From Felis catus (Eukaryota), in contig NC_058375.1 of assembly GCF_018350175.1 (NCBI RefSeq), forward strand, positions 105,028,001 to 105,092,000: 64,000 nucleotides of DNA. The letters are read 5' to 3'. The position numbers were made by a program, and so were the translations under genes. The notes beneath the pieces were generated by a model, which saw nothing but the letters and a program-made list of their open reading frames with translations, made no database searches and was not told the origin of the DNA. Shown in pieces: positions 21,405 to 35,571 of this stretch (positions are counted from its first letter, which is position 1; each line of letters starts with the position of its first letter).

Positions 21405-22582
21405 CTCAGGACTCGTGACTGTGGTTTCTAATTTGTGTAAATATGTGTCTCTCTCATATATATTTTTTACTTTTAACGTGTGCATTTGTGTTGAGGGAAG
21501 AGCAATCCTTTTGATTAAAGAAATTTTATACCTAAACAGTTTGTTGATTGGAGGAAATGTAAACCTGCTTCAAGTACCAGTATTTATTCTCTAAGCAGCA
21601 GGAAAGAAGAGAGGAGATGGGAATGTTTGTGAACATGAGCTCCAGCTAGTTAGAATCTGAATGGGATGAGAGAGGTCCAGTGGAGAAGAAAAGGGACTCT
21701 TGCTGGCTTCCTCGGGACCACAGTTGGGACAGTTACAGGGTTCAGAATGGGCCTTGTGTTTTCATGTAGTCTCAGAGACTAGTACATTTCCTTTGTGTCT
21801 CTCACTTTTGAAATCTTCCAGCTGGCCCAGACTAGCAGGCTCTTCTGCTCTGGGATAGCTCTTTGCTTTGATGGGAACTATTGGTGCTTATGAATAAATG
21901 CACATGTAATCGACTGCTGCCAGAAGGGGGACACAGGAGCCAGGACAGCCACTGGGGTTGCTAGTTGTGATGAGGAAGGGGTGCCCTAGAGCTGTCAGAA
22001 TGGGGAGTCCACTCAGACACAGGCCACATCCTGATTCAAAAGGCTGCAGCTGCTAAACGTATGGAAAGCCGCCCCGTGTTATCAGGAGGCGGAAATGGAG
22101 TCTGTACATTTATCTACATCCACCCTTCTCTCTATATCACTCTGACTCATTTGTCCCAGTGACCATCCAGACCATGTCCTCTCCCATCCTAAGCCTTGGC
22201 GATGTATCAGACGACTCAGCCATTTTCATTGTTCTTATTGGCTACTTAGCATGTTTCTCACAGCTGGTTATCCATCTTTCCCCCATTGCTCAAGTTTCCT
22301 GTTCTCAGGGAAGAATCGTCTCTTGATTGAATTCAGAGAGTGTAACTTCCTTTCTAAAACAAACCACTCCATTTGTGCCCTTGATTACCTTTCTCCTCTG
22401 GAACTTTTGCTGTGTCATTTATCCCCCTCTTTATCTTGTAACTTTGTTCTTGAATTATTTATTTATTTCTCCTACAAGTAATATTTATTCCTCCCACAAG
22501 TGGGATCAGTTCTCCCCCTTCTGGAAAACATCTTTTGAGTCTGCTTGTCCTCTTTCTCATATTTTCTTCATAACATTATAAG

Positions 22583-23010
22583 TTTATTTATTTATTTTTG
22601 ACAGAGGGGCAGGAAGGGCAGACAAAGAGGAAGAGAGAAAATCCCAAACAGCCTCCATGCCCCAGCACAGAGCCCAATGTGGGGCTTAATCTCATGACCA
22701 GGAGATCGTGACCTGATCCAAAACCAAGAGTCAGATCCCCAATGGACTGAGCCACCCAGGCACCCCATTTTCTTCATATTTTTGACAGTCTAATCTTTCC
22801 AACTCCTGGGGCTCCCGGGTGGCTCAGTCGGTTAAGCATCTGACTTCAGCTCAGGTCATGATCTCACGGTTGGTGGGTTCAAGGCCCGCATCAGGCTCTG
22901 TTCTGACAGCTCAGAGCTGGAGCCTGCTTCAGATTCTGTGTCTCCTTCTCTCCCTGCCTCTCCCCTGCTCGCACTCTTTTTCTCTCTCAAAAATAAATAA
23001 CACTTCTAAA
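22583..23010. mobile_element. Head-to-head CanSINE pair: about 22583-22766(-) and 22808-23010(+)
   Basis: SINE head, CT tract and A tail on each copy. Confidence 0.9.
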
Positions 23011-23059
23011 AAATTAATCTTTCCGACTCCTACCACTTACTCCTTAGCCCCCTACAGCT

Positions 23060-23480
23060 TAGCTACTACCACTCTGGTGCACCTTCCAGAGTCACTAATT
23101 ATCTCACAGAATCAGGTATTCTAATGGAGCTTCCATCAAATCAATAGCTAGATCCAGGATCCTTTACAAAGGCTATGTGCTTCCTGCTCCTGTAGCATTT
23201 GACACTCTTGATGCTGCCTACTGAAACTCTCCTCCCTTGGGTTCCATGACAGCATACTATCCTAATTCTCCTCTTACCTACCTGGCAGCAACTTCTATAT
23301 CTCTTAATGGCCCCACCTCTGCCCACTCTAGAATGTGGGTGTGGCTCAGGCTCAGTCCTTGATTCTTTTCTCTGACTACATACTTTCACAAAAAGGTTTC
23401 ATCTTTCATGGCTTTTAATTATTGCCTCAACTTTGAAGACTCCTGAAGCCCTATCTCTAGTCCCAGTATTTCCCACAGAA
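23060..23480 (+). mobile_element. Probable ancient L2 fragment
   Basis: Pyrimidine-rich, L2-like motifs (GCATTTGACAC, CTCCTCCCTTGGGTTCCATGACA); recognised by eye only. Confidence 0.5.
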
Positions 23481-23829
23481 GACATATTGAACGTCTACAT
23501 TTCTGCTGAACAGTTCTGTTTACATGTTATTAACACCTAAATATTATTGAAAATTTCCGCATTTTAGAACCAACAGGTATCACTCAAACCCCTCACTTTT
23601 TAGACAAGGAAACTTAGGTGGCTTGTACAAGACAACACAGCGTGTGGTACAGAATTCTGAGTTTCCAGTGTGGTGCTTTTTCCAGTGGTCCCCAATCAAA
23701 ATACTTTCTTTCCTTTGAAGATGTCCTGTTCTGCCTTTTTATACTCGTCTTCTTTTGTAAGTGCTATCTATGCTACCAACATTTCTCTAGATAACTAAAC
23801 TCAAAACTTGGTGCCAGTCAACATATTCT

Positions 23830-24267
23830 TTTTAAAAAAATTTTTTTATTTTGAGAGAGAGAGAGTGAAAGTGTGAGTGGGGTAGGGGCAGAGAGAGGGA
23901 GAGAGAATCTGACTGCACCCCAACATGGGCTGGGAACCCAACCCTGAGATCATGACCTGAGGCAAAATCAAGAGTCAGACACTTAACCAAATGAGCCACC
24001 CAGGTGCCCCATCATCAAATCTTTTTATTCTGCATTTGGAATGTCTTTTTTTTTTTTTTTAAGTTTATTTATTTATTTTGAGAGAGAGAGCACGCATGCA
24101 CATGCAGGCACCCAAAGGGGGAGAGGGCAGAGAGGGAGAATCCCAAGCAGGCTTTGGGCTGTCAGCACAGAGCCTGACGCTGGGCTTGAAATTAGGAACC
24201 ATGAGATAATGACCTGAGCTGAAATCAAGAGTCAGACACTTAACTAACTAAACCACCCAGGCGCCCC
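23830..24267 (-). mobile_element. Two CanSINEs (about 23830-24010 and 24046-24267)
   Basis: Reverse-strand SINE heads (...GCCACCCAGGTGCCCC) and poly-T tails. Confidence 0.88.
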
Positions 24268-24908
24268 TTGGAATGTCTCTTAAAATCTATTTTTTCCTAT
24301 CCATTTCATCGCCACATGTTTGGCCTAAACTTTAACTATAGCAATAGTCTCTCTTACCTCTAATCCCTTCTCACTGATAACCAGAATACTTTTACAGAAC
24401 AATGTCTTGAATGTTATATCCTATTTGAATCCTTCAATGGCTCCTCAGTGCTTGGAGAAGAAAGTTCAAAGACTTTAGTCAAAGCCTTTGTTTCTCCTTC
24501 TCCCCTAATTGATCCCTTTGCTCACTTTTTTATTTGTCCTTGAACACTTTAAGACTTTTTAGCTCTAAACTCTAATTCATGCTGTTTACCTTGCCTGGCC
24601 TTTTCCTGCTCCTGTTAACTAAACCCTTCCATTCTTTCAGTGACCAACTCAAGTCCTTCTCCCAACAATTCTCTCCAATAAACAATGATATACAGGCTGT
24701 CCTTGCCCCTTAACTCCATCAAATGAGATCATGCACTTAAAGTGCCTGTACAAGGTTTGGTATATAGCAGACTTTCAAAAATGTTATGTTCCCTCTTTAT
24801 TTCAAAAATAATTTTATATTTTATCCCATTTGATTCCCATGACAAATTTTGTGTGATTGGGGACAGATATTAGCACAGATGAGGAAAGAGACTGAGCATT
24901 TAAGAGTC

Positions 24909-25117
24909 GGGGCACCTGGGTGACTCAGTTGGTTAAGCGTCCGACTCTCGATTTTAGGCATGATCTAATGGTTTCTTGGGTTTGAGCCCTGTGCCAGGCT
25001 CTGCACTGACAGTGTGGAGTCTGCTTGGGATTCTCTCTCTCCCTCTTTCTGTGCCCCTCCCCTGCTCACACTGTCTCTGTCTCTCTCAAAATAAATAAGC
25101 TTAAAAAAAAAAAAAAA
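24909..25117 (+). mobile_element. CanSINE
   Basis: GGGGCACCTGGGTGACTCAG head and A tail. Confidence 0.9.
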
Positions 25118-25120
25118 GGC

Positions 25121-25300
25121 GTCAGCAAGGGTCAATCAGTAAATATTTTAGGCTCTGTTCCAACACCCAAGTCTGCCACTGTAACCCAAAGCAGCCATAT
25201 CTAATATGTAAACTAATGAGCACAACTGTGTTCCAATAAAGCTTTGCTTAACAAAAATGAGTGGAACTGGATTGACCTGTAGGCAATAAATTGGAGACTA
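25121..25300. mobile_element. MER58-like hAT-Charlie DNA transposon relic
   Basis: GTAAATATTTTAGGCT...AAAGCAGCCATA...TGTGTTCCAATAAA motifs typical of MER58A. Confidence 0.6.
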
Positions 25301-26369
25301 ATGGTTTAAGTGACAGGACGTGTGAGTATCAGTTTGGATAGAAATCAGATCTCTTGACTTCTAAACCAGTGCTTTCCCATCATGTTATCCTGTTGCCTAT
25401 ATAATTTATTTTGCATTTATTATATGCTGATGTTTTACTATTTAACTTTCACGTCTACCATACTGTGTTCTGGGGGTCCAAGAGGCACTGGAATGGTATC
25501 AAAAACATCTAACAAAGAGTAGACATTTAATAAAAGTTTGTTAATAAGCATAGTGATGTTCCAGTCTAGCATTAGTTTGGTACTTTGAACCTGGCTTAGT
25601 TTGAGGGTTTTGTTTTTTGTGAGTTCTATTAGCATAACTGACGAGGATGCAACTGTGTGTGTGCTGGTGCATGCCTGTGCATGTTAGGGGAAGTATGCAA
25701 AAAAACCGTATTACACAAGTACCTGCTTGTGTACCTTTCTTCTTTCGAGCCTTTCCCTACTGTTTTCCAGTAGCTCCTAGATCTGAATTTATATGAATAA
25801 CCGCAAATGTAAATGTAGAAGTAACAGAGACAAATAAAATAAAAGCGGTTTCCACAGTGAAGAATAAAGGAGATGTTTCTACTAGGTCTCCCTAAGAGGC
25901 AAAGGGATAGAAGTCGACATAAAAAGAGTCTTCAGTTCAGGGCACTTGGCCGGCTCAGTCCGTGGAACATGTGACTCTTGATCTGGGGGTTGTGGGTTCC
26001 AACCCCAAGCTAGGTGTGGAGATTGCTTAAGAACAAAATCTTAAAAAGAAAAGGAGGGGGAGGGGGAGGGGGAGACTTCGAGTCTAAAACCTGCAGGTGT
26101 TTCCTTATTTCGTAATTTCACTTTATTTCGTGAAATGCCTGGGCAGATGATTTCATAGGCAACTCGTGGTTTGTTCATTTATTTTCCTTCGTTTTTAAGC
26201 AGATGAGGGGTTTGAAGCTGTTTTTCCCGAAGAGCAGATCTCAAAGAATCTGTGTCCTTTGAGAAAACAGGAAGCGTGTTCAGGAAGCTTTGCTTATTTC
26301 TCTCATTTTTCTTCCAGAAAAAGAAATCTGGAAATATCTGTTACAGATTTGATAGGATTTAGGGGTACG

Positions 26370-26930
26370 GAATCGCGCTGACCTCAGACATGGAGGGAGG
26401 AGAAGGCGAGGAACCAGTTTTGGGCGGACTTTAAGGCAACGAATATTTTGCTTTGTCCGGTGTGGCGTCCGGAGTGGAGGCGTTGGGAGTCCGGCAGGAG
26501 GCGTGAGGGGGCGTGGAGAATCCGTCGACTCGGGCTTGAAGCAATATTGCCATGGTTTCCACGTTTCCACACAGGTGTTTTCTTCTACCTCCCCTCCTCA
26601 CCCCCCCCCCCCCCCGCCTCCAGCTAACTTCTTCGCGCGGCGCAGGAGATTACGTATTTCCGCTTCCGGCCGCGAGCCAGGTTCCTGGAGGCTGGTTCCG
26701 GAGGGCGTGGGGTGAGGAACCGGGGCTGGCAGTGGGGAAAGTAGGGCGGGTGTGGCGGGAAGGGAGGCTTGCGCGTGGTTGCCCCTCTTCATAAAGACCG
26801 AGAAAGATTCCGTTCCCAGCCCTCAGCCCCAACACTCCTGGGAACGTGAACGATAACGGAGTACGCTGCGGCGCCTCCCCGTCCTCCTGTGCCACGACAA
26901 CTCCGTGGTGCCCTCCTGCTGCCACCTCTT
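26370..26930 (+). promoter_or_regulatory. MRPS21: MRPS21 CpG-island promoter and non-coding exon 1 (candidate donor GGG|gtgagg at 26711)
   Basis: CpG dense; ETS/GABP-type TTCCGCTTCCGG at about 26658-26669; GC boxes. Confidence 0.75.
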
Positions 26931-27114
26931 CCGTAGGCTAGGGTGTGTATTGCCACAGAGAACTAGGCAGGCTTTATAACGATTCACGTATACTCTCTAA
27001 GATATGAGGACGTTGCTGATATGAGTAAGCCACTCGATAGAGCGGGCATTCTGTGTTTTTGTTGTTTTAACCTGGTCTCTGTAATTTCCTCCCCCTTTCA
27101 ACACTGTCCTTTAG

Positions 27115-27231
<117 letters not shown>

Positions 27232-27831
27232 TAACCAGAATCGTGCCTAGACCAGCTGTCTTGGGAAGTGCGGTGGTTATTCTCTCCCATTTCAGCCCTT
27301 TAGTTTTTTTATCTTAATGAAGTTTCTCCCAAAACCTGTCTGAAGTTTGTTTATACACAGCCTGAATTCTCTCCCCAAGACTTAAGGAACCCAAAGGGAA
27401 AACCAAGTTATAACGTGGTTGGGAAGCAGGAATGTAGTGCATGATAAATAGAAAGCCGAGAGAGGGATTGGCAGAGGACAAGGCTAATGGAAAGACAAAT
27501 TCAGATTTGGGATCTTGGAGAAGCAAGCAAGAGATGTAAAACTATAACAGGTTTAGAGGAAGGTTACAGCATAAGCAAAAACATACAAGTGGAAATGAAC
27601 TGGGTGTAGAGGAGCTGTATTGATTGGTTCTGAATGCTACATCACGAGATTTAGAATGGCTGTAATAAAGAATGTCTTACTATCATACTTAGGCCAATAG
27701 TTCTTTAGTCTTACCTTGCCACTGGTTGTAAGTCTTTTGATTTTCTGGCTTGCTTCATCATTTTCTCTCCCCAGTGTAAAACAGTTTGGAGAAACAAATG
27801 CTTGTTGAGTTGAATTATCAAAGAATTGTAT

Positions 27832-30800
27832 GGGGGAGCCTGGGTGGCTCAGTCAATTAGGGATCTGACTCTTGGTTTCGGCTCAGGTCATGATCTCACG
27901 GTTTGTGGGTTTGAGCCCCAAGTCAGGCTCCTAACTGACAGTGTGAAGCCTGCTTGGGATTCGCTCTCACCCACCCCCTGCCCTTCCCCTGCTCACACAC
28001 TCTCAAAATAAACAAATCAACTTAAAAACTAAGTAAATCAAGTAAGTTAAGAATTGTAGGAAAGAGATATTAAGAGATTATATGAGTTGGGCTTCCACCT
28101 TAAAGCCAATAAGGTGGTAGCTTTATTTCACAAGTAAGGGAAGCTTAGGACATTTAAATTACGTTTCTTGAATCACACAATTACTGAATGGAAGAGAGGA
28201 GTGCAAAACACACCTTTCGAGTGCGGTGCTCATTGCTTTATGTCACTAGATTGTTTACTACTTCCTCTGGAAAAATAAACACCTGTTGCATTAATTTTCG
28301 AGTTAAGAATCTTTATTTGGGTTTATTAGTGGGGTTCTTGGGGACTGAGAGGGTAAATGAAAGATGATCTAGTTCTTAGCAGAGTTTTAGCTGTGGGTGG
28401 TTGGATGGCAGAAGACCATAATAAATGAGGACCAAGATGCTGTCAGAAGCTGTGTAATCAAGAAGTTGCAGGCTTAAGATGGATTGTGTGTCTTTTAAAA
28501 GGATCTGGTCTTAGGTCTCAGCCCCATTACTGCATTCTGTGTTTGTGCATACCAATCCTGTCCTTGGGTGGAAGCTGTTTCCTAAAGATATTCCATTAAG
28601 TACTGGATAGTAAGATACACTATATTATTTTTTTCTGTGGCTGCTCATTCCCAGCTCTTTCCTATTTCAGACCCAGTGGCATGTCTGTGAGAGGGTTGAG
28701 ATGTCTAATGACCTTATATATAGACCTTACATATCTCTGCCTTTATATTAGAAGCACAAAATAAATGTCTTTACAGACTCAGTAGTGAATTAGCTAGTGA
28801 GATGAAATGCTGAATTTGGGAAAAGTCTTACAGATTCCTTCACCCTTTTTCTGACCTTTCTCTGTAAGTCTTTAATTTATTTTGGTAGATTTAGATGGGT
28901 CTGTTAGCCAGGGTGATTGAGATGTTTGTATTATTGAAGGATGTCAAAGGGCAGCTGTTATTTGATGATGAAACAAATTTCCAAAGGCTCAGCTTTAGCT
29001 CTCCTAACCTCCCCTGTTCCTAAAGTACAAATAACACAAAAGCAAAAATTTGATTTTTTTAAAAGAAATTAGCTGCTTTGGGGCTGTCTGGGTGGCTCAG
29101 TCAGTTAAGCCTCCAACTCTTGATGATTGAGCCCCGCCTTGGGCTCTGTGGTGACAACACCCTGTCACCTCCCTGCTTACTCTCATACATACTCTCTCTC
29201 TTAAAATAAATAAATAAAACATAGGTAGGCATTATGTGTTTGCTATTATAATTGGAAGTAATTGTAAGGAAATTTTTACCCTTTTGGTTTTGCTTTTTGG
29301 TGATTTGTTTATTTATTTTGAATGATTGAGAGTGCTTTAGGAATCTGTTTTCACATCCCTGTTTCCCTTTTTTTTCCTCTCTCCCTTTTTTAAAAAAATA
29401 TTTACTTGAGAAGGAGAGAGAGAGGGAGACATAGTATGAGTAGGCGAGGGGCAGAGAGAGGAAGACACAGAATCTGAAGCAGGCTCCAGTGTCTGAGCTG
29501 TCAGCACAGAGCCTGATGCGGGGCTCGAGCTATGAACCATGAGATCATGATCTGAGCTAAAGCCCAGCGCTTAACCCACTGAGCCACCCAGGCACCCCTC
29601 CCCATATTTCTTTTAAGATTCTCTTTTTGTAGGTGAATGGCAGTTCACACATACTTTTTTCCTGGGTGGAAGGTGCCAGGTTGGGGACAAGTATTACAGT
29701 AGTGATTGTGTTTTTAAGGAATGTGTATATTTTTTAATGTTTATTTTTGAGAGAGAGAATGTGAGTAGGGGAGGGGCAGAGAGAGGAAAGACAGAAGATC
29801 CAAAGCAGGCTCCACATTGACAACAGTGAGCCTGATATGATGCTCGAACTCATAAACTGTGAGATCATGACCTGATCCAAAGTTGGAGGCTTCACCAGCT
29901 GAGTCACCCAGGCACCCCTACACTAGTGATTTTTATAGTCGTTGGGGAAGATACTTATTTTGTCAATTTGCATTCAGTCTTTGGGAAGCTACATTTCTAT
30001 TCCTTTTAATCTTGGGGTGTTAGATATATATATGCCATAAATTGTATTTTAGCTTTGGGGAAAAAATGAACAAATATTTTGCTCTTAGAACAATTTTCTA
30101 GGCAAGGACTTTAAACATGAAAATGTGAGCCAGCTGGTTCTGGAGTATCCCAGTCTTCCTGTCAAACAGTATTTTTTGATGTAATTTTCTTTATTTTTCT
30201 CTGCTTTTTCCTAATCTCTCTGGCCACCTTTTCTGTATATCTGTCTTACATCCCAGGCTTCTCCTTATCTCTCAGCTTTCTGATGTTTCATAGTTTAAAA
30301 ATTAGTCTCATGTTCTGTGGTCTAATTACAGCAGTAGGTAGGAAACCAAATGAGATGAGAGGGAGGTGGTTAAAACTTTGGCGTGTTTGGAGCACAAAGG
30401 TAGTCTTACAAAGGAAACGGCCTATGTGTCTGCCCAGTGAGACCGCCACAAAATGCTTGTTATATAACCAAGTGCCCTGGGATGAGGAGATGGAAAGTGG
30501 GGGTTGCTAGGAAGCCCTGCATGATTGGCTGGCCCCCAATCAAGGAAAGGCAAGCACACTGGAAGTATGCCCAGTTGACCCCTTTTATTCCTGGTAGGCC
30601 AGCTTCTGGGCCCATTGGGTCCTTGTGCATACATGTTACCCTGCCATAGGCTGGCTACACTGACATGTGAGTTTGCCACACCCAACCTCCCCAGCCCAGG
30701 CAGCTCAGCTACTTTTACATAATCTGATGAATTCCACTAAAATTGGCAGTTGATTTCTCCTTCAGTGTTAGTTTGCCAGATGCCTGAACTCTAGCTGATC

Positions 30801-31683
30801 TGTTCACTCTAAAGCTTTTGATCTGCTAGTCCTTGAGCTACATTTGGAAGCAGAAGTAACACCCTCATTAGTAACACCCTTTCTATTTACTTCATGAGTT
30901 CTTTTTATTTATTTATTTTATTTTATTTATTTTTATTTTTTATTTATTTTTGATAGAGACAGAGCACAAGTCGGGGAGGGGTAGAGAGAGAAGGAGACAC
31001 AGAATCTGAAGCAGGCTTCAGGCTCTGAGCTGTCAGCACAGAGCCCAATGCAGGGCTTGAACTCATGAATTGTCATGACTTGAGTCAAAGTTGGACGTTC
31101 AACTGACTGAGCCACCCAGGTGCCCCTCTATTTACTTCATGAGTTCTACAAAACTCTTCCTGCATCCTTTTTTATTAAAAATGAGTTGAGATGCCTGGGT
31201 GGCTCAGTTGGTTAGGCATCTAACTTCAGCTCAGGTCATGTTCTCGTGATTTGTGGGTTCAAGCCCCGTGTTGGGCTCTGTGCTGACAGCTCAGAGCCTG
31301 GAGCCTGCTTCAGATTCTGTGTCTCCCTCTCTCAGTCCCTTCCCTGTTCATACTCTGTCTCTCTCAAAAATAAACATTAAAAAATATTTTTAAAAAATGA
31401 GTAGATGCCTCTACTGTAGGGACTCTGGAGTTTTGGAAGGTAATCTGTGCTTTTTTTTTTTTTTTTAATTTTTTTTTTTTAACGTTTACTTTTTATTTTT
31501 GAGACAGAGACAGAACATGAACAGGGGAGGGTCAGAGAGAGAGGGAGACACAGAATCTGAAACAGGCTCTAGGCTCTGAGCTGTCAGCACAGAGCCTGAC
31601 GCAGGGCTCGAACTCATGGACCGCGAGATCATGACCTGAGCCGAAGTCGGACCCTTAACCGACTGAGCCACCCAGGCGCCCCA
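27832..31683. mobile_element. Seven CanSINEs in the proximal half of the large MRPS21 intron
   Basis: Approximate copies: 27832-28027(+), 29079-29220(+), 29386-29599(-), 29730-29919(-), 30901-31126(-), 31188-31390(+), 31450-31683(-). Confidence 0.88.
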
Positions 31684-32654
31684 ATCTGTGCTTTTTTAAG
31701 ATAACTAGGAATGTCAGGGTAAGGGTTAGAGTAGTTAGAACCATCCAGGGAATACTGTTTGGCAATGGTGTTATCATTTTGTTGGGGACTACGATCTTTT
31801 CATCCTTTCCCTTCCTCCACTCTTAGATCCTTCTGTTACTTTTTTCTTATCTTGCTTTTTTGCTTGAGCACACAGGCATTTACTTGGAAAGGTGATCACT
31901 TCTGTTTCAAACCCTTGGAAACTCCAGTAGGTTACCTGAGTATGTGTCTAAACTCTCTCCTCCTTTTGCAGATTTCTTTCCTCCCCCTTTTAAACTGTCT
32001 TTTTCATTCCAATAGGATTTTCTTTCTAGTAAAGTCATATCCGGGGTCCCTAATTTTTTTAATCGTTTCTCCTCAAACACAGTCTCTGTGTCCTTTTTAT
32101 AATTTATATCCAATCTTTTTATTTTCCCAGAGACTTTTTTCTGTTGTTTCTCTAATGTACTAGACTAGTCCAAAAAGTGGCCTTCATCAGACAGCAGTAA
32201 ACAAGATCTGGATGGATGTCTGGGTCATCCCTTTCCCTCAGTGTGCCGTGTCTTCTTGGCTCCCGTTTTTTTTACTCTGAGGAGCCCAGCCCAGCCCTTT
32301 CCTTCCTCAGGGTCTCCTTTGCCCATAGGCCCCACAATAATTTGTCTTCTGAACCTTGGTGGTTTTTGTTTGAGAAGCAGAATGCTACTATAGAACACTG
32401 CACTTAAGATCTAGATTCTATTTCTAGCTCCATTTTGTGACCTTGGGCAGGTCAGTCTCTCTGGACTTCCGTTTCCTGAAGATGACATTATCTGCTTAAT
32501 TTTATAGGATTGTATTAGGATCATGGATGTGAAAATGCTGTCTAAACTCTCATGTTACATCTTAGGAAAGGTAATATTATTGAGGCTTTCTGAGCTATTA
32601 TAAAGATGCTTAATCCCTTGAGCTACGGACATTTGTCAGTCACCCAGAGGATTC

Positions 32655-33099
32655 TTTTTTTTTTTTAGGTTTATTCTGAGAGAGCTCGAGAGAACAAGCA
32701 CAGGTGTGGGGCACAGGCAGAGAGAGGGGGAGAGAGAATCCCAAGCAGTCTTTGCATTCTCAGCACCGAGTCCCACGTGGGGCTCAAATTCAACGAACCG
32801 TGAGATCGTGACTGAGCTGAAATCAAGAGTTAGACTTTTTTTTTTTTTTAATTTTTTTTTCAACGTTTATTTATTTTTGGGACAGAGAGAGAGCATGAAC
32901 GGGCAAGGGGCAGAGAGAGAGGGAGACACAGAATCGGAAACAGGCTCCAGGCTCTGAGCCATCAGCCCAGAGCCCGACGAGGGGCTCGAACTCACGGACC
33001 GCGAGATCGTGACCTGGCTGAAGTCGGATGCTTAACCGACTGCGCCACCCAGGCGCCCCAAGAGTTAGACATTTAACTGACTGAGCCACCCAGGCTCCT
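32655..33099 (-). mobile_element. Nested CanSINEs: young SINEC_Fc (32836-33059) inside an older SINE
   Basis: Inner TSD AAGAGTTAGAC at 32825-32835 and 33060-33070; outer TSD AGAGGATTC at 32646 and 33102. Confidence 0.93.
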
Positions 33100-33298
33100 C
33101 TAGAGGATTCATTTTTATCATACATTTACTGATAATACACTCTTTGCTAAGCATTATGTTAAATACAAAAATGTGTAAATTCATTTTAAAAAATGAATAA
33201 ATTCATTTGCAAAAATAAATAAATACAAAAATAAATAATCTCTAACATTAGAAAGCACAAACTCCAATAAGGGAGATTTTAAAAATTAAAAAGAAAAT

Positions 33299-33473
33299 GG
33301 GCGCCTAGTGGCTCAGTTGGTTAAGCGTCTGACTTCGGCTCGAGTCACAATCTCACAGTTCGTGAATTCGAGCCCCATGTCGGGCTCTGTACTGGCAGTG
33401 TGGATTCTGTCTCCCTCTCTCTCTGCCCCTCCCCCTTCTCGCACTCTGTCTCTGTCAAAAATAAATAAATAAA

Positions 33474-33513
<40 letters not shown>

Positions 33514-33860
33514 TTAAAAGGGGCACCTGGGTAGGTCAGTTGGTTAAGCATCCGACTTAAGCTCAGGTCGTAATCTCACAGCTTGTGAGTTTGAGCCCCG
33601 CATTGGGCTGTGTGCTGACAGCCTGCAGCCTGGTTCAGATTCTGTGTCTCCCTCTCTCTCTCTCTGCCCCTCCCCTGCTCATGATCTGTATCTCTCTCTC
33701 TCTCTCTCTCAAAAATAAACATTAATTTTTTTTTTTTTAGTTAAAAAGACGGGGTGCTTGGCTGGCTCAGTTGGAGGAGCATGTGACTCTTGATCTCAGG
33801 GCTGTGAGTTCAAACCCCACATTGGGTGTAGAGATTACTTGATAACAAATTTTTTTAAAA
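33299..33860 (+). mobile_element. Three serial CanSINEs (about 33299-33475, 33520-33722, 33751-33860)
   Basis: Three SINE heads on +, separated by T-runs. Confidence 0.85.
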
Positions 33861-33949
33861 ACTTACAAAATAAGTAAAAATTGAAAAGATAGAACATGGT
33901 TAAATATGATATTGTCTGATCAGTGCTTTATAAGAGGCATTAACTGTGC

Positions 33950-34122
33950 TATGGCATTGGTTTTCCCTAGACCATTAGCAGCAACATCACCTGGGAACTT
34001 ACTAGAAATGCAAATTCTTGGGCCCTACCCTAGACCTATGGAGTCAGAAACTAAAGGTGACACAGCAGTTTGTTTTAAGTGTTCCATGTGATTGCTGCAT
34101 GCTAAAGTTTGAGGACCACTGT
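33950..34122. mobile_element. MER5A-like hAT-Charlie relic
   Basis: CATCACCTGGGAACTT..AGAAATGCAAATTCTTGGGCCC...AAGTTTGAGGACCACTG. Confidence 0.75.
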
Positions 34123-34521
34123 GCTTTGGGAACGGAGGGAAGAAGTGATCACACTCTACTGTAATTCTTGTATAATTGTCCTCTCTACTATACAGCAGGG
34201 GGAGGGAACCATATTTAGGTTTGTTTTCTACAGCATTTAAACACAATATCTGGTACCGATTTGGGATTCCATGAAAACTTAATTGATTAAATGACCAGTT
34301 AGATGCCTATTTCTGGAGTCCAGACACAAGATGATAAGGACAATAATTAGAGCTGTGGCCACAGGAAAGGAGAGAAGGAAGAGATCTAAGAACTATTTCA
34401 GGTTATAGAATTCATAGGATATGGTAACTGTGGATGTAGAAGTAAAAAAAAAAAAAAAGGCCTAGTCCAGGAACACACAGATTTTTAGCTTGAGTAACTG
34501 GTGATGTCATTAACACTATAG

Positions 34522-34745
34522 ATTTTATTTTATTTTATTTTTCAACGTTTATTTATTTTTGGGACAGAGAGAGACAGAGCATGAACGGGGGAGGGGCAGA
34601 GAGAGAGGGAGACACAGAATCGGAAACAGGCTCCAGGCTCTGAGCCATCAGCCCAGAGCCTGACGCGGGGCTCGAACTCCCGGACCGCAAGATCGTGACC
34701 TGGCTGAAGTCGGACGCTTAACCGACTGCGCCACCCAGGCGCCCC
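34522..34745 (-). mobile_element. Young SINEC_Fc
   Basis: TSD AACACTATAG at 34512-34521 and 34746-34755; CpG-rich intact body. Confidence 0.95.
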
Positions 34746-34865
34746 AACACTATAGGTTTTAGAAGACAGTAACTTTGGTCTGTGTAGGTTTTGAGGCAAT
34801 TGGAAATAACAGTCTAGCTCTAAGGTAAGTTTGGGACTAGAGTTAAAGAGTCAACCGTGTCTGCA

Positions 34866-35230
34866 TCAGTTCTCAGTTGAGGCTGAGAATCACCTGGCAG
34901 TATTTCACAACATTTCCAGTGCATAACCCCACTCTAGACCAATTAAATCAGAATCTCTAGGGGCACCTGGGTGGCTCAGTCAGTTAAGCATCTGACCCTT
35001 GGTTTCGGCTCAGGTCATGATCTCATGGTTTGTGAGTTCAAGCCCCGCATCGGGCTCTGTGCTGACAGTGCAGAGCCTGCTTGGGATTCTTTCTCTCCCT
35101 CTCTCTCTGCCCCTCACCCACTCGCTTTCTCTGTCTCTCAAAATAAATAAAAATTTAAAAAAAAATCTCTGAGGAATGGTGCCCAGGAATCAGTACTTTT
35201 TAAAAAACCTTCTAGAGGATGACTCCACTG
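34866..35230. mobile_element. MER5-like relic interrupted by a CanSINE (about 34960-35165, +)
   Basis: GAATCACCTGG...AGACCAATTAAATCAGAATCTCT, then the SINE, then AATCTCTGAGG...CCCAGGAATC. Confidence 0.65.
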
Positions 35231-35571
35231 TGCATTGGGGCTCACTGGTAAAGGTTAAGGAAGTCATGAAGAACCAGAAAGACAGAGGTTTTCAGTCAGA
35301 ATCTGGAGGGATGCCAACATTTAAGAGTAAATTGAGGAAGAAAGGCAGCAAGGATATGGAGTCTTTTGGTCTTTGATGCCCTACTTCTCTATTGTAAGAT
35401 TCTAGTGTTGGATCCACATGATTTTTGGGCATAACTATGTTTCCAGGAGAACCTGAATTATCTGCTTCTCTGGTTTCTGGGAATTTGCAGCAATTCCCTT
35501 GCCTCACATTTCCCTATCACTAACAAACTGATCTATACAAATAAGATTTTCTAGTAGCCTATAAATCATTC

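Noticed and set aside
26808-26850. CGTTCCCAG/CTGGGAACG 9-bp inverted repeat in MRPS21 intron 1 (paired TGGGAA-like sites)
   Set aside because: Short stem in a GC-rich island, and the orientation is opposite to a Notch/CSL paired site; compatible with chance.
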